DNA of 63,882 bases, the filler included, from Reticulomyxa filosa (taxonomy: Eukaryota; Protista; Foraminifera), in NCBI GenBank assembly GCA_000512085.1. It is 18 parts of 18 records of this genome, joined end to end, with 100 filler letters (N's around TTAATTAATTAA, not from the genome) between each part and the next. Parts side by side here need not be neighbours in the genome. Positions count along the whole stretch, not along the records: positions 31,980 to 48,415 come from ASPP01027127.1; positions 48,516 to 51,047 come from ASPP01021773.1; positions 51,148 to 52,280 come from ASPP01027437.1; positions 52,381 to 61,173 come from ASPP01045660.1; 14 more parts are not named here. One strand, given 5' to 3'. The notes below the pieces were generated by a model. It saw only the letters and a list, made by a program, of their open reading frames with translations, had not been told where the DNA came from and did not search any database. This document shows positions 40,404-52,776 of the stretch, one piece after another. A program made the translations under genes and the position numbers. Numbering within the stretch: the stretch's first letter is position 1; the number at the start of each line of letters is the position of its first letter.

Positions 40404-43400
40404 ATGTCAGTTTCAAAAGTGCTTGCAATCTATACCCCTGATGGCGGCAAACCGATCAAAAAAAGGTTGAGAAGAGTAGTTCAAAGTTACTCCCAAAAAG
40501 ATTTAGATGATGTGTATGACAGCGTCAGAAGTAAATTCTCAGAATGTTTTTCCAATTCGAATTTTGTAATTGAAATTAAAGGCGAAACAATATTGCCCAG
40601 AGATACACAAAAGTTTGGAGATTCAGTGAAAGGACTAAAAGAACTGGAGATTGTGATTAAAGTTAACTAAGTTTTTTTTTTGCATCAATATTTTTTTCTC
40701 ACTTAAAAAAATCACAAAAAAAAAATAAACAGAAAATGGAGATACAAAAAAAAACAACTCCAAAATTGTAGTGAAGAATACTGTAACCAAACGAGAAATA
40801 GAACAAACAATAATCGACGAAAAAGAGGGTGAGGCAGATATCGATTGGGAAAAAGTGTATAATGACTTGTTAAAAAATATTAACGACGAATTTAAAGTAT
40901 TGAAATTCTTATTACAAAATAAAGACGAAATTCATGTGGAAGGAGCCGATGATTTAAAACAAGAGTGGGAAGAAATGAATGACAGCGGAGACAGCACTTT
41001 GAAATTATTTCTTTCATATGAGGTAATTACCCTTTTTATTTAAAAAAGGAAATAAAAATATCTATATATATATAGTGCATACATGACATAAAGGAAACGA
41101 AAGAAAAAAAATTTAATGTAACAAATGGTATTTCATTGCTATTTGAATTCACTCCAAAGCGTGTAAATGACTCAAATGAAGCAGTGATGAAAGATACGTG
41201 GAAAAAAAATTGGAATGGATTACGAGGCCGAGTGTTTGAACATTTGCAATTGCAAAACAATGAAAAACTTTTTCTGTTATCGAGAATGGATGAAAGAGAT
41301 GACATAATCGAAGATGCTGACGAATTAAGTGATTACTTTAACGAATTATTGAATGATGATAATTCAGAAGCCTTTCAACTTATTGTTGTTCGTCCGTTTT
41401 TTTAAATTTGAGGAGAAAACAAACAAACAAACAAAAAAGGTTCATGCATGTGGAAAATAGATTTGTTTTATATTTGAATACAATGGACATTATGTGAGCT
41501 GGATCCCCTCTGATTCACCACTGTCCACAGAAATTGAAATATATGATTGGCGTAACGCATTTAAAGAGATGAAACAATTTGTATCGAAACAATTCCAACT
41601 CGAAACTGAAGATTTAACATTTCAAAATGCACAAGATGAAAGCGACATAATCGATAATGAACGAGATATAAAATATATCTGGGAAGAAATGTTGAACCAA
41701 GATTGTTTGGGTATATTTCGAATTGTTATCAAAAACTTGGATTCGGACTCTGATTCAGATTCGAGTTTGAATGAGTCAATAAAAAAGTCGAATGCAAAAG
41801 TGAAAAAAAAGAAAAGTTTGGAAGAAGAAATGAAATATGAGAACAAAGGAAATAACAATGAACAGAGGTGTGAAGCGAGTAAAAAACCAAGTGTTGGAAT
41901 CACAGAAAAAATAACAAAAGTGCAGCAATCTCAAAACTCAGAGTCAGTGCAAAATGTGGACAGCAACAAAACAGTGAAGTCGTCAATACAAATCATGACC
42001 GATATTGGAAATAAATTGTCACAATTGAATACCAATAACAAAGAAAATTGCAAGGGTTTTATGAACATAGTGGTTGACACATTATTACATATCAAACCTG
42101 ACGAAGATCGTGATATACTATACTCAACTTGGGGATTCATTCTCAAAGAGTTGGAAAATAATACCGACGGAAAAGAGAGTATTGAGGTGGTGAGAGAATT
42201 TTTGGGTTTACTGGACTTTACATTAACTAAAAATGCAAAAGATTATTTGATCACAGGACAGCCAAATATAGATATAATCAAATTTGTCAAACAAAATTTC
42301 GACGTTTTAGAAGGTGGTGTAATTATTGAAGACAATGGAAATTCACTAGAGCAGTGTCTGCATGGATTAGAAATTGAAATTCCAAAAAATGACAACGAAG
42401 TAAAACATCATAAAAATGGCATTTACGATAAGCATCATATTATATTCACTTTGCAAGAAATCAAACTCGAAGATCAAGATCTGGCATTAGTAAATAAATG
42501 CATATTGCAACCCGAATATATGAGTCGATTTATCAATTATTTTGTTTTCAATTCGTGTAGAGACGACGCTAAAATTATTGATTTTCATCGATTGGAAAAC
42601 ATTCAAATAATTCCAATCAGTTTTTTTGGTAGTGAAATTGAAGTTGTGGAGTTGCTAATGAGATTTGGGATTTTATCAACAGCATTGAAAACCAAAATGT
42701 TGGCAGAGAAAAATTGTTTGCCACCGGGTATTCACGCGTTGCTACCATTGGAACAACTCGTCTCGTTGCCTTCTATCTATGTTGTACTCTTTTATTGGCC
42801 TGTAAAAAATGCCTTTGCCAAAGACAATATCAAACGCTCGAATATTTCATGTTTATTTTCAAGAGTACTTCAAGAGGTATCCACCACATTATGCATTCCT
42901 ATCACCAAACAAGATCTGACTGACTTTGGAACTGTTGAAGAAATTAAACAAGAGCCAGTGAGAAGTGGAGTCATTTTTGATTTTCGAATTAAAGAAGATA
43001 AGGCCAATTCAGTTTCTATTTCCAATCAACTAATCGATAATATTAATCTGAAAATGGTGAAATCTTCTATTTATTCCAATTTGAACGCAGAGTCGTTAGA
43101 TAAACACCCAGAAAATCTATTTGTGCTGGGAGGAACAGATACATTTGGGTATTCTCTTTCATTCAAGTGTGGAAGTCGAACTGAAATGTGTCAACATAAC
43201 ACAAACTTCCAAAGCAAGAAAGAACTATACACCTTTCTTCAACAAACAAGCTCTTCTTATTGCATCTCATATCAACAAAATTTATGTTTTGAAGGTAAGA
43301 TTGAACTTGCCTCTGCTTTGAATGAAGATATTGTCAGAGTTTACAAGGATTCTCAACATACCATTCAGCTTCAGTATGAAGAGGATGAAAAAAATATTAC

Positions 43401-46400
43401 AACTAAAGCAGATGACCAACTAGCACAAAATCAAGAGCTCGTGAAAAAGACATTTTTTCTTATTTATTTGGATAAGCTAGAGTCTGTGTTTGTATATATG
43501 TGTTTGAGACATTACATATAAAGTGTTTTAAATTATATGAGTATATTTTGTAGCAAAGAGAACAAAAAACAAAACAAGCCCTTTTATTTGCTGTTTTAGT
43601 TACAACCACAAAGAATTTTCTCATAAAGAAGTCCAGAAAATAGCTTTATTGCTTCGTGAAAGTTTTGGTTTTTTGTTCTTTTTATCTGTTTTGAAAATTT
43701 ATTGAATTGCAAATGGCAATTGAAAAGGCATCCCTTGTTTTTTAATTTGCTTCATTGGATAGACGTCAAAGATTTGACAACTGATCAGCATTGTTCAATT
43801 GATATCGCCTTGCAAAATAAACAGGAAATTTCAGATGTCAACGTTGGATACGCAGAAAAGTCTGCATATTATCTGAAGAATTTACCAGCTGATATGGAAC
43901 GCATACTTAAAAATTACCAAAGTAAAAAAAAAGAAAAAGCAGGAAAAGAAGGGGGAAACTGGATTATTGCCGGGATCAAACAGATATTAAGCGGCTCAGA
44001 TAAAAAAGTCCTCTCGACATAAATAGTAAGATCGATACGCATGACAGAACGAATCAAAATAGCACAGAAAAAAATGATGAAAAAACAACTGATGACGTAA
44101 AAACAATTAACAACACAGAAACAACTAATGATATTGTCGCAGTTCCGATCGAGGTGCTTGAAGAAATAGATTGGACTCTTGAGTTGGGGCTATTACAGAG
44201 GTGGTACGCAAAATACCAACATTATTATAACGAGTATTCTAAAAATAAAAAGATCTGCTTGGATCGATATAAAATTATAGAAAACATTCAAAAAGACGTG
44301 AAACAAAAATTCGACAAAGATAAAGGGCATGCAAAAAAAGAATTTGAGAAGAATTTTTCAAAGTTTTTGGATGAAAAAAAGGGTTCCTCAACGTTGAAAA
44401 TGAAAATATCAGGGATAACTGTGGAGGAAAAAGCTAATTATGAAACCTTCAAGTTGGCGTATTACTTAGAGACGGAATTGCCACCCTCCAATGAATTAAA
44501 ATTCGTATCATTTGCGCAAACAAACGAGAATGTAGACAGTCGGTTTTATGAGAACATGGCGTATGAAATTCAACAGGATCAACATCTTCTTTGTCATGCA
44601 TTACTCAAAAATAAGGAGATGATGCTGATTATACGTACTACATTTCATGATAGCCAATGTTCTACCAAAGTTATAATGAGCAAACAAAAGATTCTTTCAA
44701 GTAACACAAAGCCAGTGACAAAATTTGGTAAAACAGTGGATTTTGTTGCATTCAATGGTAGAGATGAAACTCTGGCAGTTTATGCAGAAGACAGTATAGC
44801 TTTTTTCTGCTTTCAAAACAATTACGCCACGTTGAGACAACAACAGAGCCCAAGAATTAATTTGACACAATTTTCATGGTACGAAAAGACCAAAGTTCAA
44901 AATATTTTGTTTGAGGACAATACAAAGCAACTATTAGTCATTGATAAGAACAACTGGGTTCGATTTTTCGATTTACTCAACAATGGAATTGTAATGCGGG
45001 GAAAAGAGTTCCAAATCACAGATAAAAACAAAGAGCATATTGACATCCAGCATTTTTTGCTAACTCCGGAAGGAGGTTATTTGTTGGCATTTTCTCAAGA
45101 AATGGAAGAAGTACAGGCAGAACAAATAGCAAATATTTTAATACCTCAAGGTGAAACACTAGTTGATGGGGAGGAGGACACCAAAGAAATTGAAGCCACA
45201 ACTGCGACCAGTGAAGAGCCAGGAGAACAGAAACAAGAATCAATACAAACAGAGATTGATAAAAAAGTGAAAGGAGAAAAAAGAAAACCAACTGGAAAAA
45301 TTGTAATGGATTGTTGGCTATTGGCAAAGAAAGAAAAGATTGTAAGCCTAATTCTTCCCGATTCGATGACTATTGATACAATTGATATGAAGCAAATCCA
45401 AATCAAACAAAACAAAGACAAAAAAAGCTTTTTAGTTGGGACCAACAAGTTTCTTCAATTATGCATGCTTGAATTGGTGATTGAAGTTGCGCAAGCTCAT
45501 TTACATTCTTCCGTGCAAAAAATGGATAAGCAAGATCAAGAGCATTGCATTCGAAAAGAAACCAAACTGGATTATTTGGAATATCATTTTGAAAAATTTG
45601 GAAGTCGACCAGAATTCCATGATTTGGGACAAGATGGAAAACTGACATTTCATACCACGTTATTCATGGATGAGGCTCAATGCAAAACAACGGAAGAAAA
45701 AAAAAAATTGGAGTGCTTGTGCTCTCAAATTCCAAGCAATGTTACAAACATCATTCAATCTTCGTCTAAAAAAGATTTCACTTATTTAAATTGGGAATGT
45801 TCATTGGCCTGGATGTCCAAATCAAAAGAATTACTATTGTCTCATGTCATCGATGAAGTCACCGATAAAATTCCTCACATTAAATTAAGCGATTTTGTGA
45901 AATTGTTGATTATACAAGTACCTATACAAATTGCAAGAGGCTCCAATAATTCCTTTATGTTAATGTATAATGGAGAAGATAACCAACGAGAGTATATCAA
46001 TACCCGAAGTGTATTTCAATTGAGAAAGGAAATTCGATTTGGAGCATATGATGCATTAATCAATTCATGGGAAAAAGACATTAAAGTGGTTACATCAATG
46101 GGGAAACAATCCACTGGAAAATCTTACAAGTTCTTTTTTTTTTAAGTTACAAACGCAATATCATCAATTTTTGATTTGAATGTATTTTTCATAGATTGAA
46201 TCATCTGTTTGGAACCAAGTTTGATATTAGTGGCGGTCGTTGCACTGACGGAACATGGCTGTCAGTCCGAATTGTGAAAGATATTTTGTACGTGTTATTG
46301 GACTTTGAAGGTCTGGGATCGTTTGAAAGAACTCAACAAGAGGATGTCTTACTCAGTGTATTCAATGCAGCCATGTCCAATTGCACCATTTTTAAATGTG

Positions 46401-48379
46401 AAAATCGATTTGATCAAGACGTAGGAGGAATGTTCCAGAAATTTCAAAAAGGAGTGGATTTTATTAAAGGATCAGAAAAATGTTTTCAAGGGAGATTATT
46501 GTTGGTCATTAAAGATATTATTAAATCTGGAGAACAACAAGCTATTGAAGATTTTGTGAGACATATCAGGGATCTTTGTCATGAAAGTAAAGTCCAAACT
46601 GATGGTGAGACAATGGAATCGAATTCATTTTTGACAAAAATGTACAAAGGTTCATTGCGAATTGAAGCATATCCACCTCTCGCGAATGAAGGATTTTTCC
46701 GAAAGTTAGCTTTGTTTCGCAAAGATGTAGACGACATACCCGCAATGCATCGTGGTGGTCAGCAATTTTTGTCCCATATGAAGTTGATTATGAGCAAATT
46801 AAGCGTACAAGATTGGGGATCGCTCTCTGGTGAAATGGCAAAAATGCGAGTCGATGAATTAAAAGACTACATCGATGCGGCTATCAAAGCAGGAACATGC
46901 ACAATTTCAGAAAGTCAAGAGGGTGGAGCCATATTTCGAGTAGCTGAAGATAATCACTTGATAATATTGGATGGATCGAAACCAGTTTTGATTGAAAATG
47001 AAGTTGCCTTGAAGAAGGCAATTGAAAAAGCAGCCGAAAGAAATGCAGATATAATTCAAATACTCGAAAAGGAAAAATTGGAAGAAAAACTGCTAGCAGC
47101 ACTGGGCAATGTAAATGATGGAGGATTGATATTAGGATCTATTCCCTCACAAAAGTATTTATGGGAGAAATTTGAGTCAATGGTAATGAAAAGAGATCAC
47201 GACAACTTTGGAGTGGGTGTGTTTGTCTTTCAGTTATGGCTGGACACGATTCACGTGAGAAGAGAAATGCGAGTATTGCAATGGATTGAAGGCAACACAT
47301 GCAATTTTAAATCGAAAGATGAACAGGATGTAATTAATAGTTTCTTGCGAGAGTGCCAAGTGAAATTGCGACAATTGAGAGAGCCAATGGTTATTTGCAA
47401 ACAAAAATGTAAGCAATGCAATTACCCATGTTTATTGCATAAAGGGCATGAAGAAGATAAAAAATATCTCCAGCACGATTGTTGGAATGAAAATAATAGC
47501 CATCAATGTGTTTACCTTTGCTACTATTGTCAAAATGATAAAAAAGACGAAGCAAAAGATGCTATTCCTTGTGGATATCCTTGCGGACATGAAGGAAAGC
47601 ACGATTGTCAAGTTCGCAACCATTGTTGTGGCCAACCATGCAGCTTAGCTCATTTGGATCATTGTCAACAACATTGTGCTTTGGAATCGGGACATGATTC
47701 ATCTATAGATCACATGTGCGTAGCAAAGATACACTATTGCAGTCAACCATGTTCATTACCAGGCTGCAAAATGAAATGTGTGGAGGATCATATCGTTTCA
47801 CATGACAGACACTGGTGTGGTGAAAAGCGCTGTCCTCATAAATGTCAGGTCCAATGTCGAACGAAAACAGATACAATCGAGCTCTGTGGAGCTCAATGTC
47901 ATTCCGAAGATCATTTCCATCATCTCAAAATTGAAAGCGATGAAATCGGTGATGAGGGACATACATGTCATTCAGATCATTTGTGTCCGGAAAAGTGTCA
48001 CGAGCAGGGTATTTGTGAAATCATCACTGAACGGAAATTTGAAGCACGTGATTATGAAGGACAGAGAGGCACCTTCAAATACGACGCCGTGGTTGAAGTC
48101 AATGCCAAACGAAAGTACTGTGTGGTCCCAATTCCGAAATTTCACTTTCGACATTCAATAAATACAAAAGATCACATTTGCTACACTCAGCATGTATGTG
48201 ATTACAATTGCAATTGCAAACATGTTGCAAGGGATCTTAGTCATATTTGCGATGATACATGTGGATGTACTCACATTGGCAAAAAACACAGTTGCGATGT
48301 GAAATGTCCATCATGCGGATATTTTTGTGATAGACCATATGGACATACTGAAGTTAATTTTTTTAAAAAACTACACACA

Positions 48380-48415
<36 letters not shown>
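40404..48415 (+). CDS. Giant (>2,300 aa) GB1/RHD3-type (GBP/VLIG-related) P-loop GTPase with N-terminal PB1-like repeats, a beta-propeller-like region and Cys/His-rich repeats; 3' truncated
   Basis: G1 MGKQSTGKS (intron 46130-46194 joins SYK|LNHLFGTKF), G2 GRCTDGTW, G3 LLDFEGLGSFER and G4-like VIKD, followed by many CxxxC..GH..HxC repeats at 47395-48350. One apparent -1 shift at A6 44002-44007. Confidence 0.88.
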
Positions 48416-49296
48416 NNNNNNNNNNNNNNNNNNNNNNNNNNNNNNNNNNNNNNNNNNNNTTAATTAATTAANNNNNNNNNNNNNNNNNNNNNNNNNNNNN
48501 NNNNNNNNNNNNNNNGAAGCAAAACCTTGATAGTCTACAATACAAAAGTAAAATGATTTCCATGCCAATATTCCTTTGTTTTTTTATTTAAAAAAGCAAT
48601 TAAATGATTACTTCTTTTTACTTTGAAAAACTTAATCAACGACATGTGCTAGAACATTCAAGACGTGACGCTCAAATTTAAGATAGCACAAATGGTGTAC
48701 ATAGTAATGACAAAAAATGCCACAAAAGAAAAGAAAAATTTTCTGTTTTCAATTGCAAAATCAGATAACGTAGCTGCAATAATATACTTATATTGATTTA
48801 TTTTTTTGCACTAAGCAATGCATTTGAATTCAATATGTTATAATTCTACGAAAATACTGTTTTTGTTTTTTTATTTTTTTTTTGTTAATTACACATTATA
48901 ATTTAATTTTTTGAACAATTTTTTAAAATTATTGTTATGCTGTTTATACTTGAAAAAGATTTAAATGTTTTTTAAAAATGAATGTTGATTAATATTGTAT
49001 ATTTCATTTATGTATGCCTTTTACTTGTGCAATCAGTTTGATATGAACACAATTTAATTTAATGCACAATATTAGATTATTTCTTTGTTAAAATGTATAT
49101 CATTTGACTATTTTTTAGGCTAAGTATTTGTCGCATAAATAATTTGATAATTTTAATTGTAAAAATAATAAGTCGTCATAACAACTTGCATACAGATCCT
49201 TGAAAACACTTTTTTGTCGAAAAAAAATCAGGATTCAGATAATATATATGCACATATTGTTTTCTTTTAATACTATTTAGAAAAATAGTTATATTG

Positions 49297-49743
49297 CTAG
49301 TATAATATCTGCATCCTATCTGTCAATGCGTATAACAATACGCTTTCCAAGATTATTAACTTGTTGTGTTTCCACCTTTCCTTTTGTTCCATCACACTTT
49401 CTAATATAATCATATTCATTGTATATTGTATACCTTTTAATTTGTCTCGTTTTTGCAAAAATTCATCGTGAAATAACACATCTAATTGATATAATAACAC
49501 ATTTGTATCTGGAATGGTGTGGATATTGGTTATAGTTTTATCATCACTTAATGTTGCTCGATTGCTTTCTTCATAAGTGCAATCAAGACAGTACATTGAC
49601 CCACAACCTATATCATTACGTAAATATCTATCTTTTACTACCGTTCGAAGTCGATTGGATTGTCTTACATGACGATACCTTTTCTCCACACATTGAACTA
49701 AAGAATGCATTGTTAAGAAGTTTTTGTAGTTTTTCTGAAACAA
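49297..49743 (-). pseudogene. DIS3: DIS3/Rrp44 N-terminal fragment (CR3 motif plus partial PIN domain)
   Basis: VVKDRYLRNDIGCGSMYCLDC (CR3) and IPDTNVLLYQLDVL..IILESV (PIN). No RNB domain follows. Confidence 0.8.
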
Positions 49744-50463
49744 AACTCTTTTGAACTTTCTGCAAATTTGTGTTAATTCAAAGCAAGTGAAAATAGTTAA
49801 ATTTTAGATAATTCCTATTTTTGTACTTTGTCAAGAAAAAATCTTGATCTTTTATATGAAATATCAATAAAAAAGCTAATTTGAATGTTTGTTTGAAATT
49901 GGTCTTTGTTTTAAAAAATTTCAATTTGAAACGAACACATCCTATCACAATACAATTACTTTGTAACATCTCAATCATAAAGTCCCTTTTTATTTTTTTC
50001 AATTCTTCCATAAAAAGAAACCAAAAGAAAACAAATAAAATCACAATAGAAAAATGGAAAATCAGAATGCTAGTGTCACAACCTTTGTTTGTAGAACGCG
50101 AGATCAAAGACAAATCATGGTCGATACATCATTAGAATCAAGTTTATGAAATTTGGTACCTTCTAAAAACATAGATTTGATTGAAATACTTAAAACTTAT
50201 TTTTTTGAAATCTTTATAAATCTCATATTAAAACAATCTTTAGTTCTATTTCATTGTAAACTTATTCATGTAGGAGAAAAAAATAATCTAAAAGTTTATA
50301 GCAATATTGCTTTCGTTGGAAAATGTAAATGTAATGTAAAGTCAACAAATTAACAAAATTACTAATATTGTTGTGTTTGATAACTCTTTGTTCTGTAAAT
50401 TTTTTTGCTACTTGTATTAATAACAATTAAATAATGCTGGTGAAAATTACCACCTGCAAAATT

Positions 50464-50798
50464 CAAAAGCTTCAGTATGAATATCCATGCAATATGAAAG
50501 AATGCAAAAGAATTTTTAAGTCAAAGTTGATGAAAGTTTTGAAAAATAATCAGTGTTATGTTGCCAAAATAAACAAAATAAATGCATTTTTTATCAAAAC
50601 GAATTAATTTTTGTGAGGACCCCACGACAAAAAAAAAGTTTTCGTTTTATTTACTTTCATAATAAGATTAGGATCAATTGATTTATCTTTGCTAATACTA
50701 CAAAGTTATTATATTTCTTTTTTGTACAAAGAAAACACGTTACAACGGTAAATTCTGTATTTTTTTTTTAGAGTTGCGAATTCACGAGCGGTTAAAGA
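50464..50798 (+). repeat. Dispersed repeat copy 2 (C2H2 remnant, internally deleted)
   Basis: Translates as QYEYPCNMKECKRIFKSK (Y-x-C-x4-C-x3-F) and is collinear with 35409-36136. Confidence 0.8.
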
Positions 50799-52484
50799 AA
50801 ATTTTCTTCAACTTTTCTAGTCCTCGTGATTAAATTCATCGTAAAAAAAGAAATAAACTATTGGCCTGCGAAATTATTATTTTTAATCCTTTCAAAGAAA
50901 GGCAAGTGTAAAAAATAATACACTCTATGACAAGAATTTGTCTAGTTACATGAGTTTACAGTAGAAAAAATTTGTCCACTCGTGTCTAAGTTTTTTTATT
51001 ATAAAAAAAATTCTTGGTAGGTTTTATGCAATTAATTCTTCCAACAANNNNNNNNNNNNNNNNNNNNNNNNNNNNNNNNNNNNNNNNNNNNTTAATTAAT
51101 TAANNNNNNNNNNNNNNNNNNNNNNNNNNNNNNNNNNNNNNNNNNNNCATAAAAAGATAATGTGCTACTGTTCAACTCTTTGTTATAAATTCTTACGATG
51201 GAAATATTATCTTCATCTATAAAAAAAATCAATGATACATTTTCTTTTTCATTACAAAATATGGCGCATGAACGTTGTTTCCAATATTGCTTCAGTTGGA
51301 TAGATTAATTAAAGAGGAAGTCAACTCAATCATTCTATTACTACAGTAACTCACTTATGAGTACAAAAACGAAAAAATGTTCATTCTATGCATATTGAAA
51401 GAGTATCAACTAATAAATGTTATAGTCAATTAGAACCTGTATAGAATGTATGTTTTATGCATGAAATAAGTTGAACTCATTCTCTTTTTTATCAAATAAA
51501 AAACTGACCAAAAAAGACAAAACCAAAAAGGAAAGTTTTAGTTTATGCGGCGCCACGATGTTCTTGAAGGTGCCACATTATTTAAATTTTTCTTTTTCGG
51601 TTTTCCTTTTTTGGTCAATTTTTTAAAACTCTTTGGTGATGCTTTTGTTGGTATTAAATAATTTAATTTTAACTCATCATTGTTGCATTTGGATCAATTT
51701 TATTTAAAAAAGTGCTGATCATTTTGTTGGTATTTTTAACATTGGAGGAAATTATTTTTGTGATTTGTGTATGATACATTGGAATTTGTGTTTACCGTGG
51801 ATATGTGTTTGATTATTTCTTCCTTGGAGAATAATTTTATGTATGACAAACTTCAAATATTCAGTATTAAAAAGGCTGTAGACTTTTTTTGTCGTTTTAA
51901 TATTCCTACTTGAAAATATCTTTTTTTTTTGTACCGTTTCATTTGTTGTTTTGTGTTTTCTTTTTTTATTCTTTGTGATACCATTGGCTGCTACTGTTTA
52001 GAAGTGGAATTCAATCCATTACATTTAAAAAATATTAATGAAAGCTCAACAAATCCAATGATTATGCAATGGCTGGTATCAATGAAAACATATTAGAAAC
52101 CAATCATTAACGTAGCAGGCAAACAAAAAAAATGAAAAGAAACACTTGAATTGACATGCACAAATTTAATTCAATTTGTTGTTTACTGCTTATTTCAATT
52201 TCATGAAAACAAAAACTTTTTATGACTAATCACAAAAAATTGTCCTAGTTTTTGATACAAAAATTTTAACTTTAAATATCNNNNNNNNNNNNNNNNNNNN
52301 NNNNNNNNNNNNNNNNNNNNNNNNTTAATTAATTAANNNNNNNNNNNNNNNNNNNNNNNNNNNNNNNNNNNNNNNNNNNNGATATCGTTTTAGGCGTTCA
52401 GTTTTCTTTGCAACCTACTGTACACATAACATTAAGCTATTAGATTTAAAGCTAAAAAACACAAAGAACCAAGTTTCTTGAAGA

Positions 52485-52730
52485 CAAGTATTAGTGGAAA
52501 TTTCTGCCAAGACTGCTCACAATATTGAACAAGTTTCGTCTTACAATTATTATTGTTATTGTTGATTGATCTATTATAAATGAAATAAATACAATAAAAA
52601 AGCATTTGTCAAAAACATATTGTAGCATTTAATAATGTATCAAATGGACAGTACAAAAACCAAAGTGTGAATTTCTTAAACTGGCCTACAAGCGGCAGCA
52701 AAGACAAAACCTACAAATGAATATTGTTAA
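52485..52730 (+). pseudogene. Ras-superfamily small GTPase C-terminal remnant
   Basis: EISAKTAHNIEQ (G5 SAK motif), an intron-like GT..AG, then AFV and a tail K*ILL resembling a mutated CAAX box. Confidence 0.5.
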
Positions 52731-52776
52731 GGCTGTGTGTTTTTTTGGTCTGATACTTATTGGCATATATTTACAA

